A DNA stretch of 40,500 bases from Candidatus Bathyarchaeia archaeon (GTDB lineage Bacteria > Patescibacteriota > Microgenomatia > UBA1400), in contig DATKWX010000008.1 in assembly GCA_035529355.1 (NCBI GenBank), forward strand, positions 1-40,500, given 5' to 3'. A model generated the notes under the pieces. That model ran no database searches. It was not told the DNA's origin and was given only the letters and a program-made list of their open reading frames with translations. Shown in pieces: positions 1-7,195 of this stretch (position 1 is the first letter of the stretch; every line of letters begins with the position of its first letter). A program made the translations under genes and the position numbers.

Positions 1-153
1 GTGGAATTCTGGCAGCAAGTTTACTCCCGAATAGTTTCTTCTTTCAAGCTGATTCCTTTGGAAAATGAAAGTGAAGCAGATTTTTCCGAGTGGTTGGGAG
101 GATTTGAAACTTCGGGAATGGACGTGGTTGAAGCAGTTGAGGTAATAGAATGA
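1..153 (+). CDS. 3' end of an upstream ORF (partial, function unknown)
   Basis: Frame 1 is open from the window edge (VEFWQQVYSR...EAVEVIE). It stops at TGA 151-153, overlapping the next start as ATGA. No recognisable motif. Confidence 0.35.
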   Translation: MEFWQQVYSRIVSSFKLIPLENESEADFSEWLGGFETSGMDVVEAVEVIE

Positions 154-1163
154 ATAAAAGGATCCTTATTATTCTTTTGATTTTTTTAGGGTTAATTGCT
201 CTCGCTGCGGGAATTTGGGCAAAAATGAGGTGGGAAAATAATGGGTGGATACTGCTGTCTCCTTTGGGAAAAATTGAGCAGGAAAAGGAAAAACCTTTAG
301 CCAAATATGAATTGGAAAGACTAAAGGATAGGGAAGCTCAACCAAGCCAAATTGTTTGGGACAAAGAAATAAATAAAGGTACCAGATTTACATCCTATAT
401 TTTTTCTTATAAGTCTGAGGGAAAGAAAATCAGCGGTTTGGCTAATGTGCCGGCCGGGAACGGGCCTTTTCCGGTAATTATCATGTTAAGAGGTTGGGTT
501 GATCCGGGAGTGTACGAAACCGGCGTAGGAACCCAGCGGGCAGGAGAGGTGTTGGCGGACAATGGCTATTTAACCTTAGCCCCTGATTTTTTAGGTTACG
601 GTGAGTCAGACATGCCGCCTAATGATGTTTGGGAAGAAAGATTTTTGAAAAATATCAGTATTTTAGACCTTTTAGCTTCAATCGGCCCTTCTACTTCGCT
701 CAGGGCAGATTCCAACAGAGTTGGAATCTGGGCACATAGCAACGGCGGCCTAAGCGCTTTAACTATTTTGGAATTAACAGGTAAAAACTATCCAACAACT
801 TTATGGGCACCGGTAAGCCAGTTTTTTCCTTATGATGTGCTTTACTATATTTTTGAAGCTGATGATAAAGGCAAGGCTTTAAGAAAGTCTTTGGCGGAGT
901 TTGAGAAAGATTATGATACGGAAAAATATTCATATGACAATTACCTTTCCTGGATTAAAGCTCCGATCCAGTTACATCAGGGACTTTTAGACCCTTATAT
1001 TCCTGTTTCCTGGTCTGATCAACTGGTGGAAAAATTAGAAGGACTGGAAAATGAGGTTTACTACTTTAAGTATGTTTCGGCTGGTCATCATATGGAAGGC
1101 AGTTGGGAGCTTGTGGTCCAAAGAGATTTGGAGTTTTTTAAAAAAGAGCTGGGGAAAAATTAG
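150..1163 (+). CDS. membrane-anchored alpha/beta-hydrolase (S9 peptidase / dienelactone-hydrolase-like serine hydrolase)
   Basis: 337-aa ORF with an N-terminal hydrophobic anchor (ILIILLIFLGLIALAAGIW). Nucleophile elbow WAHSNGG, then LLDPYIP and SAGHHMEG, in Ser-Asp-His order. Confidence 0.75.
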   Translation: MNKRILIILLIFLGLIALAAGIWAKMRWENNGWILLSPLGKIEQEKEKPLAKYELERLKDREAQPSQIVWDKEINKGTRFTSYIFSYKSEGKKISGLANVPAGNGPFPVIIMLRGWVDPGVYETGVGTQRAGEVLADNGYLTLAPDFLGYGESDMPPNDVWEERFLKNISILDLLASIGPSTSLRADSNRVGIWAHSNGGLSALTILELTGKNYPTTLWAPVSQFFPYDVLYYIFEADDKGKALRKSLAEFEKDYDTEKYSYDNYLSWIKAPIQLHQGLLDPYIPVSWSDQLVEKLEGLENEVYYFKYVSAGHHMEGSWELVVQRDLEFFKKELGKN

Positions 1164-1235
1164 TTTAATTTGAGGCGCCAGGTAATCTTAGGGCTTGAAG
1201 TTGAATCAGAAAATCAATTATAGTGATTTTAAAGC

Positions 1236-1886
1236 ATGAGAACTCAAAACATTATTTGGATATTTTGTGTTTTAATTTTAATCCAGATAGGCTGGGTTTG
1301 GTTTAGGCTGGAGAAATTAAAGCAAAAAAGACAAGAAGTATGGCAAGCACAGCAGGAAAGACAGCTTCAGCAGGAAGCGGCGGCTAAAGAGGAACTTTTG
1401 GGTGTTGTTGAGCCGGAAATTGAAGAAAAATTGGCTTCTGGAGGCAAACTGTGGTTTGAGCTTGGTGAAGGAGTTTTCAGCGGTGAATTTACGCTGGCGG
1501 TTTGGGGAGAGACCAAAAAACCGGTGAATAAAATAGATTTGCGCCTTTTTTACCCGAGCGGGTTTTTGGAATTAGTCGGTGATGAATGGGAAAAAGAAGC
1601 GCAAGGGACAGCTTTTTGGTCGGGGAATTTAGTTTCAGACCAGGATCGTCAAGATCCGCCAGCTGGCGGAGCTCCAGGAACAGAAGAAGAAAAGAAAGAA
1701 ACAGTGGGAAAATTTTTGGTTAAGACGATATCTTTTAAGGTAAAAAAGAGCAGTTCAGCAGAGGTAAGAGAAGCGGTCATTGATTTTGACTTTTCCAAAG
1801 AAAGCAAACTGGATTGCAATTTGTGGGATGACGAGGGAAATGATGTGTTGGAGGAAGTTTCCGGAGCAAGGCTGAATTTGAAATAA
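1236..1886 (+). CDS. hypothetical membrane-anchored protein (coiled-coil plus beta-rich, possibly cohesin-like, module)
   Basis: 216-aa ORF with an N-terminal TM (IIWIFCVLILIQIGWVWF) and a Q/E-rich stretch. The segment FTLAVWGETKKPVNKIDLRLFYPSGFLELV is reminiscent of cohesin-type modules. No catalytic motif. Confidence 0.5.
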   Translation: MRTQNIIWIFCVLILIQIGWVWFRLEKLKQKRQEVWQAQQERQLQQEAAAKEELLGVVEPEIEEKLASGGKLWFELGEGVFSGEFTLAVWGETKKPVNKIDLRLFYPSGFLELVGDEWEKEAQGTAFWSGNLVSDQDRQDPPAGGAPGTEEEKKETVGKFLVKTISFKVKKSSSAEVREAVIDFDFSKESKLDCNLWDDEGNDVLEEVSGARLNLK

Positions 1887-1905
1887 AACAGCGGGGGAGT
1901 TTTAA

Positions 1906-3300
1906 ATGGATAAATACAAATTTTGGCAAGTTACGCTGATAACCATTTTTTTGCTTCTTTTCGTACCTTTATGGTGGGTAGAAAGAGAACTTAGGATTAG
2001 GGTGGCCGAGGTTTATTTGGCGGTTCCTTTCCGGCAGGCAGACATAAAGGTTAATGTGAACCGCAGTTTCGGAACAATGCCTCGGGTTTGGCGGGCTTTT
2101 GCCCAGGGCGGCGAAGAAGGAGCAGGAATAAGAATGTTGCAGCCTACTGTTGCTCTGATGAAAAAAATAGGACCTGATTATATCCGTCTGGACCATATTT
2201 TTGATGATGATTATTATGGGGTAATGAAAGCCAAGGGTGATTATGATTGGTCAAAACTAGATGCGACGGTTGAAGATATTGTTGCCATGGGAGCCAAGCC
2301 GTTTTTTTCCTTATCTTATATGCCTTCAGCTGTGGCCTCATCAAAAATAGAGGTGCCTGCAAATTGGGCTGACTGGCAGGATTTAACCCGGGCGATAGTA
2401 GAACATTATTCAGGGAAAATTGATGGCGTGTATTATGAAGTTTGGAACGAGCCGTCTTTGGATCAATTTGGAGGCTGGAAAATGTATGGCAACAAGGATT
2501 ACCGGTTGTTGTATAAACATGCGGTTTTAGGAGCTATGCAAGCGCGAGGAGCAAGGAATTTTAAAATCGGCGGGCCGGCAATACCGATTTTGGATTCTAC
2601 TTGGGTAAAACTGCTTTTTGACTTTTGTCTTAGCAATAATTTGCGTTTGGACTTTATTTCCTGGCATCGTTATGGATTTTCTCCTGATATTTTTTTAAAT
2701 GACGTTTATCAAATAAATATTTTGACCGGCCAGGCAAGATATCAAAAATTTGCCGGGGCAGAGCTGGTAATTACCGAATGGGGGCCAAATTCGGAAAAAG
2801 ATACGGTTTATTCCAGCAATGTGGCAGCCAGTCATGCCGTGGCCGTGATTCGGAAATTGTTGGATAAAACTGCTTTAATTTTTGCTTTTGAGGTTAAGGA
2901 CGGTCCGGGTCAAGGCAGCGAAGCTTGGGGTCTTTTAACTCACGAAGGCACAGGCGAAGTTAAGGAAAAACCGAGGTTTTACCTTTATGATTGGTTGGGG
3001 GAACTTGAGGGAGAAAGGTTAGAAGTATTGGGGGAAGGAACCCAGATTACCGGTTTTGCGGGCAGCGACAACCGCACGGTAACCTTAGTTTTAGCCAATT
3101 ATCAACCGGGTGGCGGCCATGAGGAGAGTTTTAATATTACTTTTAATGGTTTAAAGGATGGCCAATACCGCTTATTTGAACAAAAACTTTTCGGTCAACC
3201 TCAAGAAAAAGAAGTGATGGTGCAAGGTGGAAGTGTGGTTTTAAATGAGAACCTCAAAAGTTATGAGGTAATGAGAATCAGGTTAATAAAGGTTAGCTAA
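1906..3300 (+). CDS. clan GH-A glycoside hydrolase (GH39/GH5-like), N-terminally anchored
   Basis: 464-aa ORF with an N-terminal TM. YYEVWNEPS (acid/base NEP) and LVITEWG (nucleophile) occur in the expected order. GGGGGAG Shine-Dalgarno lies just upstream of the ATG. Confidence 0.7.
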   Translation: MDKYKFWQVTLITIFLLLFVPLWWVERELRIRVAEVYLAVPFRQADIKVNVNRSFGTMPRVWRAFAQGGEEGAGIRMLQPTVALMKKIGPDYIRLDHIFDDDYYGVMKAKGDYDWSKLDATVEDIVAMGAKPFFSLSYMPSAVASSKIEVPANWADWQDLTRAIVEHYSGKIDGVYYEVWNEPSLDQFGGWKMYGNKDYRLLYKHAVLGAMQARGARNFKIGGPAIPILDSTWVKLLFDFCLSNNLRLDFISWHRYGFSPDIFLNDVYQINILTGQARYQKFAGAELVITEWGPNSEKDTVYSSNVAASHAVAVIRKLLDKTALIFAFEVKDGPGQGSEAWGLLTHEGTGEVKEKPRFYLYDWLGELEGERLEVLGEGTQITGFAGSDNRTVTLVLANYQPGGGHEESFNITFNGLKDGQYRLFEQKLFGQPQEKEVMVQGGSVVLNENLKSYEVMRIRLIKVS

Positions 3301-3555
3301 TTAAACTTAATTTTATTTGGTTCTTGACGGAACTTTGGCTTTATTGTAAAAAGAAAATACTCCTGCCGTTTTCCTGCCTTCAGATTTTAAATTTCCCGAG
3401 CTCTGCCCAGAAAGAGAATTAGATGCTTCTTTACTGGGGTATGTTTACTGCCGGTTATTTGCTGGGAGCCATTTTTGCTACCGCTGTTTTTTCCAAAAAA
3501 GACAAAGAGAACTTCTAAATTGGTAATTTCAAAGCAGGTTAGCTAAAATAAAAAT

Positions 3556-4101
3556 ATGACTCAAAAAAGAGTTTTTCAGATGATTTTAGTGGCCCTAGTT
3601 ATCATGTTGATGATTTTGCCTTTTGTGGTTTCGATTAACGACCTTTTGACGCGGGTAGTGGAGAAGTTTGGTTGGTATATGTGGGTCCAAAAAAAAATAG
3701 TTCCTTGGGAAGTAAAAATGGTAGGCGTAATGGTTAGACCATTTAAGATTGAATTTGTGGCTTATCCTGACGGCTTTTTGGCCAATGGCATTTATGCCAG
3801 AATTTCTTGGAACTGTATTGGTTGGCAAAGCCTGCTTTTGTTTTTTTTAAGCCTGCCATTTGGCTTTAAAACAGCTAATTATACTTTTTTTTCTAAAATT
3901 GAGGCTTTTTTAATTGGCATTTTAGGAACTTTTTTAATTAATTTATTAAGAATTACTTTTACGGTGATTTTACTGGTGGTTTCCCGGCCTTTATTTGCCG
4001 TTGTCTTCCATGATTACCTGGCGGCAATCATGACCATTATTTGGCTGATTTTCTTTTGGTGGTTTTGCTATGGATTTGTTTTAGTGGAGAAAACAGAGTA
4101 G
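3556..4101 (+). CDS. minimal exosortase/archaeosortase-family protein (putative sorting transpeptidase)
   Basis: 181 aa and almost entirely TM helices. Cys87 lies in WNCIGWQSLL (tgt 3814-3816), Arg132 in INLLRITF and His152 in VFHDYL. Order and context match the Cys/Arg/His signature of the EpsH/ArtA-type domain. Confidence 0.7.
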   Translation: MTQKRVFQMILVALVIMLMILPFVVSINDLLTRVVEKFGWYMWVQKKIVPWEVKMVGVMVRPFKIEFVAYPDGFLANGIYARISWNCIGWQSLLLFFLSLPFGFKTANYTFFSKIEAFLIGILGTFLINLLRITFTVILLVVSRPLFAVVFHDYLAAIMTIIWLIFFWWFCYGFVLVEKTE

Positions 4102-4133
4102 TCGGGAATAATTCTTATTTATCCCGCACCAGA

Positions 4134-4240
4134 GAAAACTCCGCGGCTTTAGCCCGGAGATGGACTGGGATAATGTTTTCCCAGTACGGGATGAAAACTA
4201 GACCTTGAAGAAACCGCGGTCTTTAGACCGCGGAGTTTTC
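4134..4240 (+). promoter_or_regulatory. structured intergenic RNA-like element with mutually exclusive helices (attenuator/terminator-like)
   Basis: GAAAACTCCGCGG (4134-4146) is the perfect reverse complement of CCGCGGAGTTTTC (4228-4240). A local hairpin CCGCGGTC-TTTA-GACCGCGG (4214-4233) uses the same 3' arm and is followed by AGTTTTCATTT. An inner hairpin is ACTGGGA/TCCCAGT (4164-4185). Confidence 0.3.
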
Positions 4241-4278
4241 ATTTGACAGAGAGGTTGATTTTGCAATAAAGTAAAGCA

Positions 4279-5715
4279 ATGTATCCCGGCCAGACATCAT
4301 TGATTCCCGTTCAGGTCGCTTTGGCCAGGTTTTTAGAATCTCAAGGCCCAAAAGCAATATTTAGTCATTATCCTTATTGGTATTTAGGGAGCACACCTTT
4401 TCGTTACCTTACCGGGCCGGTTCTACCCGGAGGACTTGTTCTTCTTCATAAACTAATACCTGGATTAAATTTTTTTGAACTGTTTTTTGGCTTGATGGTC
4501 GTTTGCTGGCTTTTTTCCGGGGTAGGGGTATATTTTTTAGTTCGTTTGTTATCCAGGCCAAAAGAAGCCGAGCAGTCAGCGAAAAACAGCCTTACTCCTT
4601 TTTTAACCGCCTTTTTTTATTTGCTGGGACCATTTGTTTTCTTTCTTTTCCCTTTTTCCGACGGCCTATCTTTAATTGCTTTTACTTTTCTACCTTGGTT
4701 TTTTATCTTATATACAAAATCTCTTCAACAACCAAAAGCTAAGTATGATATATTACTTTGTATTTTGATATGCTTCATTATACTTACTCATACTTTGATA
4801 ATGCCTTCTCTTTTTTTGGGAATGATGGCCGTGTTGCTGGCGGTTTCCGGCTGGAAAAAAATTGAGCTAAAAATCAAAAAAACCTTGAGGATTATTTTGT
4901 ATGCCTTGCTTTTTGCTACTATTTGGTACATGCCCGGTTATTGGGTTAGGGTTTTACTGGCACCTTCTTTTGCAGGCAAACCATTTTTTAAAGTTGTTTT
5001 TGAGGTAGGGCAGCTTTTGCCCTTGGGTTTGGCGTTTTACCTTGGGGTTCATAAGCTCAAGTCAAAAAACCCGCTTTTTAAGTTTTGCTTTTACTGGCTT
5101 TTTAGCTTCGGTTTTTTAACCTTTTTAAGATTTATTGCTGATCCTGATTTTTGGCTTGATTGGTCTGCTTACGGGATGGAGTTACAGCTAGGGATGAGTA
5201 TACTTTTGGGTTTACTGATTGATCGGTTCAGGCAAAGATATAGAAACCAGCTGATTTTAGTTCCGGTTTTAGCTTTTTACTTATTGCTTTTTTGCCTAAT
5301 ATTTAAAAAGTGGGTTTTAGGAACTTTGCAAAAAGAAATCAATCAATCGATAGAATATAAAATTGGCAGTCAGTTAGTAAAAATTGCCAAGCGAGATGAG
5401 ACTGTTTTTCTCTCAGGAACCAGTGTTTTTTGGCTAAATGCTTTTTATGATATTCCTCAAGTTAGAGGTGGGGTTGATCAGGCATCAGCTAATGCTGATT
5501 GGAGAAAAGCGGCCTGGGAGATAAGAGAAGGCCAAGATCCGGAGAAATCAAGGGAATGGTTGAGGAAACTAGGGGTTAGATACTTAGTGGTTCATACTTT
5601 CAAGTCAGGTGAGTTTTACCATGATTTTAAATTTCCGGACAAATTTGAAGGCTTTCCCGGTATGCAAAAAATTTTGGATTATGAAGGAGACCGAATTTAT
5701 CAGGTTTCTGAGTAG
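4279..5715 (+). CDS. polytopic membrane protein with C-terminal soluble domain (possible GT-C-type glycosyltransferase; family not assignable by eye)
   Basis: 478-aa ORF with about 10 hydrophobic helices, then a hydrophilic tail of about 120 aa. An in-frame TAA at 4267-4269 prevents upstream extension. Confidence 0.6.
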   Translation: MYPGQTSLIPVQVALARFLESQGPKAIFSHYPYWYLGSTPFRYLTGPVLPGGLVLLHKLIPGLNFFELFFGLMVVCWLFSGVGVYFLVRLLSRPKEAEQSAKNSLTPFLTAFFYLLGPFVFFLFPFSDGLSLIAFTFLPWFFILYTKSLQQPKAKYDILLCILICFIILTHTLIMPSLFLGMMAVLLAVSGWKKIELKIKKTLRIILYALLFATIWYMPGYWVRVLLAPSFAGKPFFKVVFEVGQLLPLGLAFYLGVHKLKSKNPLFKFCFYWLFSFGFLTFLRFIADPDFWLDWSAYGMELQLGMSILLGLLIDRFRQRYRNQLILVPVLAFYLLLFCLIFKKWVLGTLQKEINQSIEYKIGSQLVKIAKRDETVFLSGTSVFWLNAFYDIPQVRGGVDQASANADWRKAAWEIREGQDPEKSREWLRKLGVRYLVVHTFKSGEFYHDFKFPDKFEGFPGMQKILDYEGDRIYQVSE

Positions 5716-5732
5716 AAAAAAGAATCCCCAGT

Positions 5733-6050
5733 TTAGGAAAAAAAGAAATAAATGATTAATAAAGCGATAAGAACACCGCTACCGAAAGTAAGGGTAGTGA
5801 TAAGAATAAACTGAATGATTTTGGTTAGCCTTTTGGTTTTAGAACTGCCAAGTTTTCCTTTAATAAACCTTTTTTTTCTGGATTTACCCACCTTCATAAG
5901 GTTTACTAACTGTTTTTCGGTGTAGAAACGGCGGTTGGTTGGCGAACGAAAAGGCTTGATTTCCTTAGTTTTTTCCCATCTTCGTAAAGTATCTCTGGAG
6001 ATGCTTAGGTAACGGCTGGCTTTACCAATGGAAAACCACTTAGTTTTCAT
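5733..6050 (-). CDS. small HTH DNA-binding protein (MerR/excisionase-type) with C-terminal TM anchor
   Basis: 105 aa. N-terminal SIGKASRYLSISRDTLRRWEKTKEIKPFRSPTNRRFYTEKQL is typical of excisionase/MerR-type HTH. It is followed by a basic linker and a C-terminal hydrophobic helix (IIQFILITTLTFGSGVLIALLIIYFFF). Confidence 0.7.
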   Translation of the reverse strand: MKTKWFSIGKASRYLSISRDTLRRWEKTKEIKPFRSPTNRRFYTEKQLVNLMKVGKSRKKRFIKGKLGSSKTKRLTKIIQFILITTLTFGSGVLIALLIIYFFFS

Positions 6051-6060
6051 ATTTTTAATA

Positions 6061-6113
6061 TACTTGCATATATTTATATATAATCAAAAATATTGTATGC
6101 AAGTATATGCAAG
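6061..6113. promoter_or_regulatory. operator-like inverted/direct repeats in the 5' region of the 5733-6050 gene
   Basis: TACTTGCATA (6061-6070) and its exact reverse complement TATGCAAGTA (6096-6105) are 25 bp apart. An extra direct half-site TATGCAAG lies at 6106-6113. All lie between the putative -10 and the start codon. Confidence 0.4.
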
Positions 6114-6117
6114 CATG

Positions 6118-6126
6118 ATTATATCA
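6118..6126 (-). promoter_or_regulatory. extended -10 promoter element (TGATATAAT on - strand)
   Basis: The + strand reads ATTATATCA, which is TGATATAAT on the - strand (TGnTATAAT form). It lies about 70 nt upstream of the 6050 start. No good -35. Confidence 0.4.
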
Positions 6127-6150
6127 CAAAAAGCTTAATAAAATAGAAAA

Positions 6151-6180
6151 AGGGTCGGACCCTGTCAAGGGTCTGACCCT
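6151..6180. repeat. REP-like palindromic hairpin, copy 1; probable intrinsic terminator of the MerR-like gene on the - strand
   Basis: AGGGTCGGACCCT-GTCA-AGGGTCTGACCCT: 13-nt arms with one G.T wobble. On the - strand it is followed by TTTTCTATTTT. It lies directly after the stop of the 6185-6490 gene. Confidence 0.6.
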
Positions 6181-6184
6181 TTTG

Positions 6185-6490
6185 TCAAATTAACTTTTTG
6201 AGTTTGAAGGAGGGGAAAAGACGGCGTCGGAGTCTTAAGCCGCTTTCTTCAGCAATACTCACTGCTTCCAACAAAAGTTTGACGCCTTTGAGATTTATGC
6301 CTTCTTTTTGGGTGAGGAAAGTAATAAATTGGAGCTGGTTTAAGTCTTCAATAGAAAAGAGGCGTCTGTTAGTGCTTGTTCGGTGTGGTTCAATAAGCCC
6401 GGCTTGTTCATAAAACATTAATGTTCTTGAGTGTAACCCAAGTAGTTTTGCCGCGACTGAGATAGTTAAAATCGGTTCTTTATCAGACAT
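6185..6490 (-). CDS. MerR-family transcriptional regulator, HspR-like
   Basis: 101 aa. LTISVAAKLLGLHSRTLMFYEQAGLIEPHRTSTNRRLFSIEDLNQLQFITFLTQKEGINLKGVKLLLE follows the MerR HTH-wing pattern and the EGINLxGxK motif seen in HspR-type regulators. Confidence 0.8.
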   Translation of the reverse strand: MSDKEPILTISVAAKLLGLHSRTLMFYEQAGLIEPHRTSTNRRLFSIEDLNQLQFITFLTQKEGINLKGVKLLLEAVSIAEESGLRLRRRLFPSFKLKKLI

Positions 6491-6522
6491 AAACAGGCGA
6501 GATGAAAATGTTGTATTGCTTA

Positions 6523-6551
6523 AGTATAAAACCTGATAAAACCATTGTCAA
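6523..6551 (-). promoter_or_regulatory. sigma70-type promoter for the MerR/HspR-like gene
   Basis: On the - strand: TTGACA (6551-6546), a 17-nt spacer, then TATACT (6528-6523). It lies about 33 nt upstream of the ATG at 6490. Confidence 0.6.
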
Positions 6552-6985
6552 GATCGAAAAAAAGAGAAATTTTTTTGTGGTAGTTAGTCCGAATAAAAAA
6601 GTAGTCACAGAATAATGCTTTGCTATGTTTGACTTAGATGAAAAACTTATAATAAAATATAAATTTAATATACACAAAAAAAGGTATAAAAATTATAATA
6701 GAATTGAAGACCTATAAATAGTATAAATAATAGTAAATTTGTAATATTAATTAAAAAAACCTTTTTAACAGATTTCTTTTATTGTAGGCGTTAAATCTTA
6801 CTAATTTAGCAACTAAAAGGTTTTTAAAGAGTAAGTTACCACATTTTTATTGCACAAAAAAATTGATCAAAAACATAAAATTAGAATTTAACCCGGAAAA
6901 ACGTTTTATCCTCTAAACTAGAAGTCCATTTATCCTATAGAATTGCTCTTCGCCTGTAAACTGATATTTTTGGTTTTAATCCGCT

Positions 6986-7001
6986 TTTTTCTTGAGAAAA
7001 A
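6986..7001. promoter_or_regulatory. palindromic motif TTTTTCT-TG-AGAAAAA upstream of giant gene 1 (shared with giant gene 2)
   Basis: The 15-mer TTTTCTTGAGAAAAA at 6987-7001 recurs exactly at 15708-15722. Arms TTTTCT/AGAAAA are reverse complements. Confidence 0.35.
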
Positions 7002-7138
7002 TCATTAAAAACAGTAATTAGAAGATAAAGGTAACACTTTATAGAGTAAATTTAATTTCAAGTAAATAATCCGTCACTGACAATGTTTTTTTAGGTTTTT
7101 ATTTATATCTGTTAGGTTGAAAAAATTATAACTAACAC

Positions 7139-7167
7139 TTGACATAGTACCCATAATAGGTAACAAT
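7139..7167 (+). promoter_or_regulatory. candidate promoter of giant gene 1
   Basis: TTGACA at 7139-7144, with a weak -10 (AACAAT 7162-7167, 17-nt spacer). The context ACTTGACA is shared with the paralog upstream region. Confidence 0.3.
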
Positions 7168-7195
7168 ATCTATTGCAGGCAAACAAGATCGAACT

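Noticed and set aside
44-304. 86-aa - strand ORF
   Set aside because: It is antisense to the start of the hydrolase gene and the end of the upstream ORF. It has no supporting signals.
3423-3518. 31-codon ORF (MLLYWGMFTAGYLLGAIFATAVFSKKDKENF) just upstream of the sortase-family gene
   Set aside because: It looks like a single-TM micro-protein in a suggestive location. It is too short to support without conservation or ribosome-profiling data, and it has no clear SD.
6483-6677. 64-aa - strand ORF in the AT-rich spacer
   Set aside because: It overlaps the well-formed TTGACA-17-TATACT promoter and the start of the MerR-like gene. Its composition is AT-driven (Phe/Ile/Lys/Asn), and it has no SD.
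6755-6825. 11-bp inverted repeat AAAAACCTTTT / AAAAGGTTTTT separated by 49 nt
   Set aside because: It consists of homopolymer runs in very AT-rich DNA. It is plausibly a chance match, and it has no counterpart in the paralogous leader.
6991-6996. CTTGAG in the shared upstream 15-mer as an HspR HAIR operator half-site
   Set aside because: The canonical HAIR is CTTGAGT-N7-ACTCAAG. No inverted ACTCAAG partner lies nearby at either locus, so assigning it to the HspR-like regulator is unsupported.
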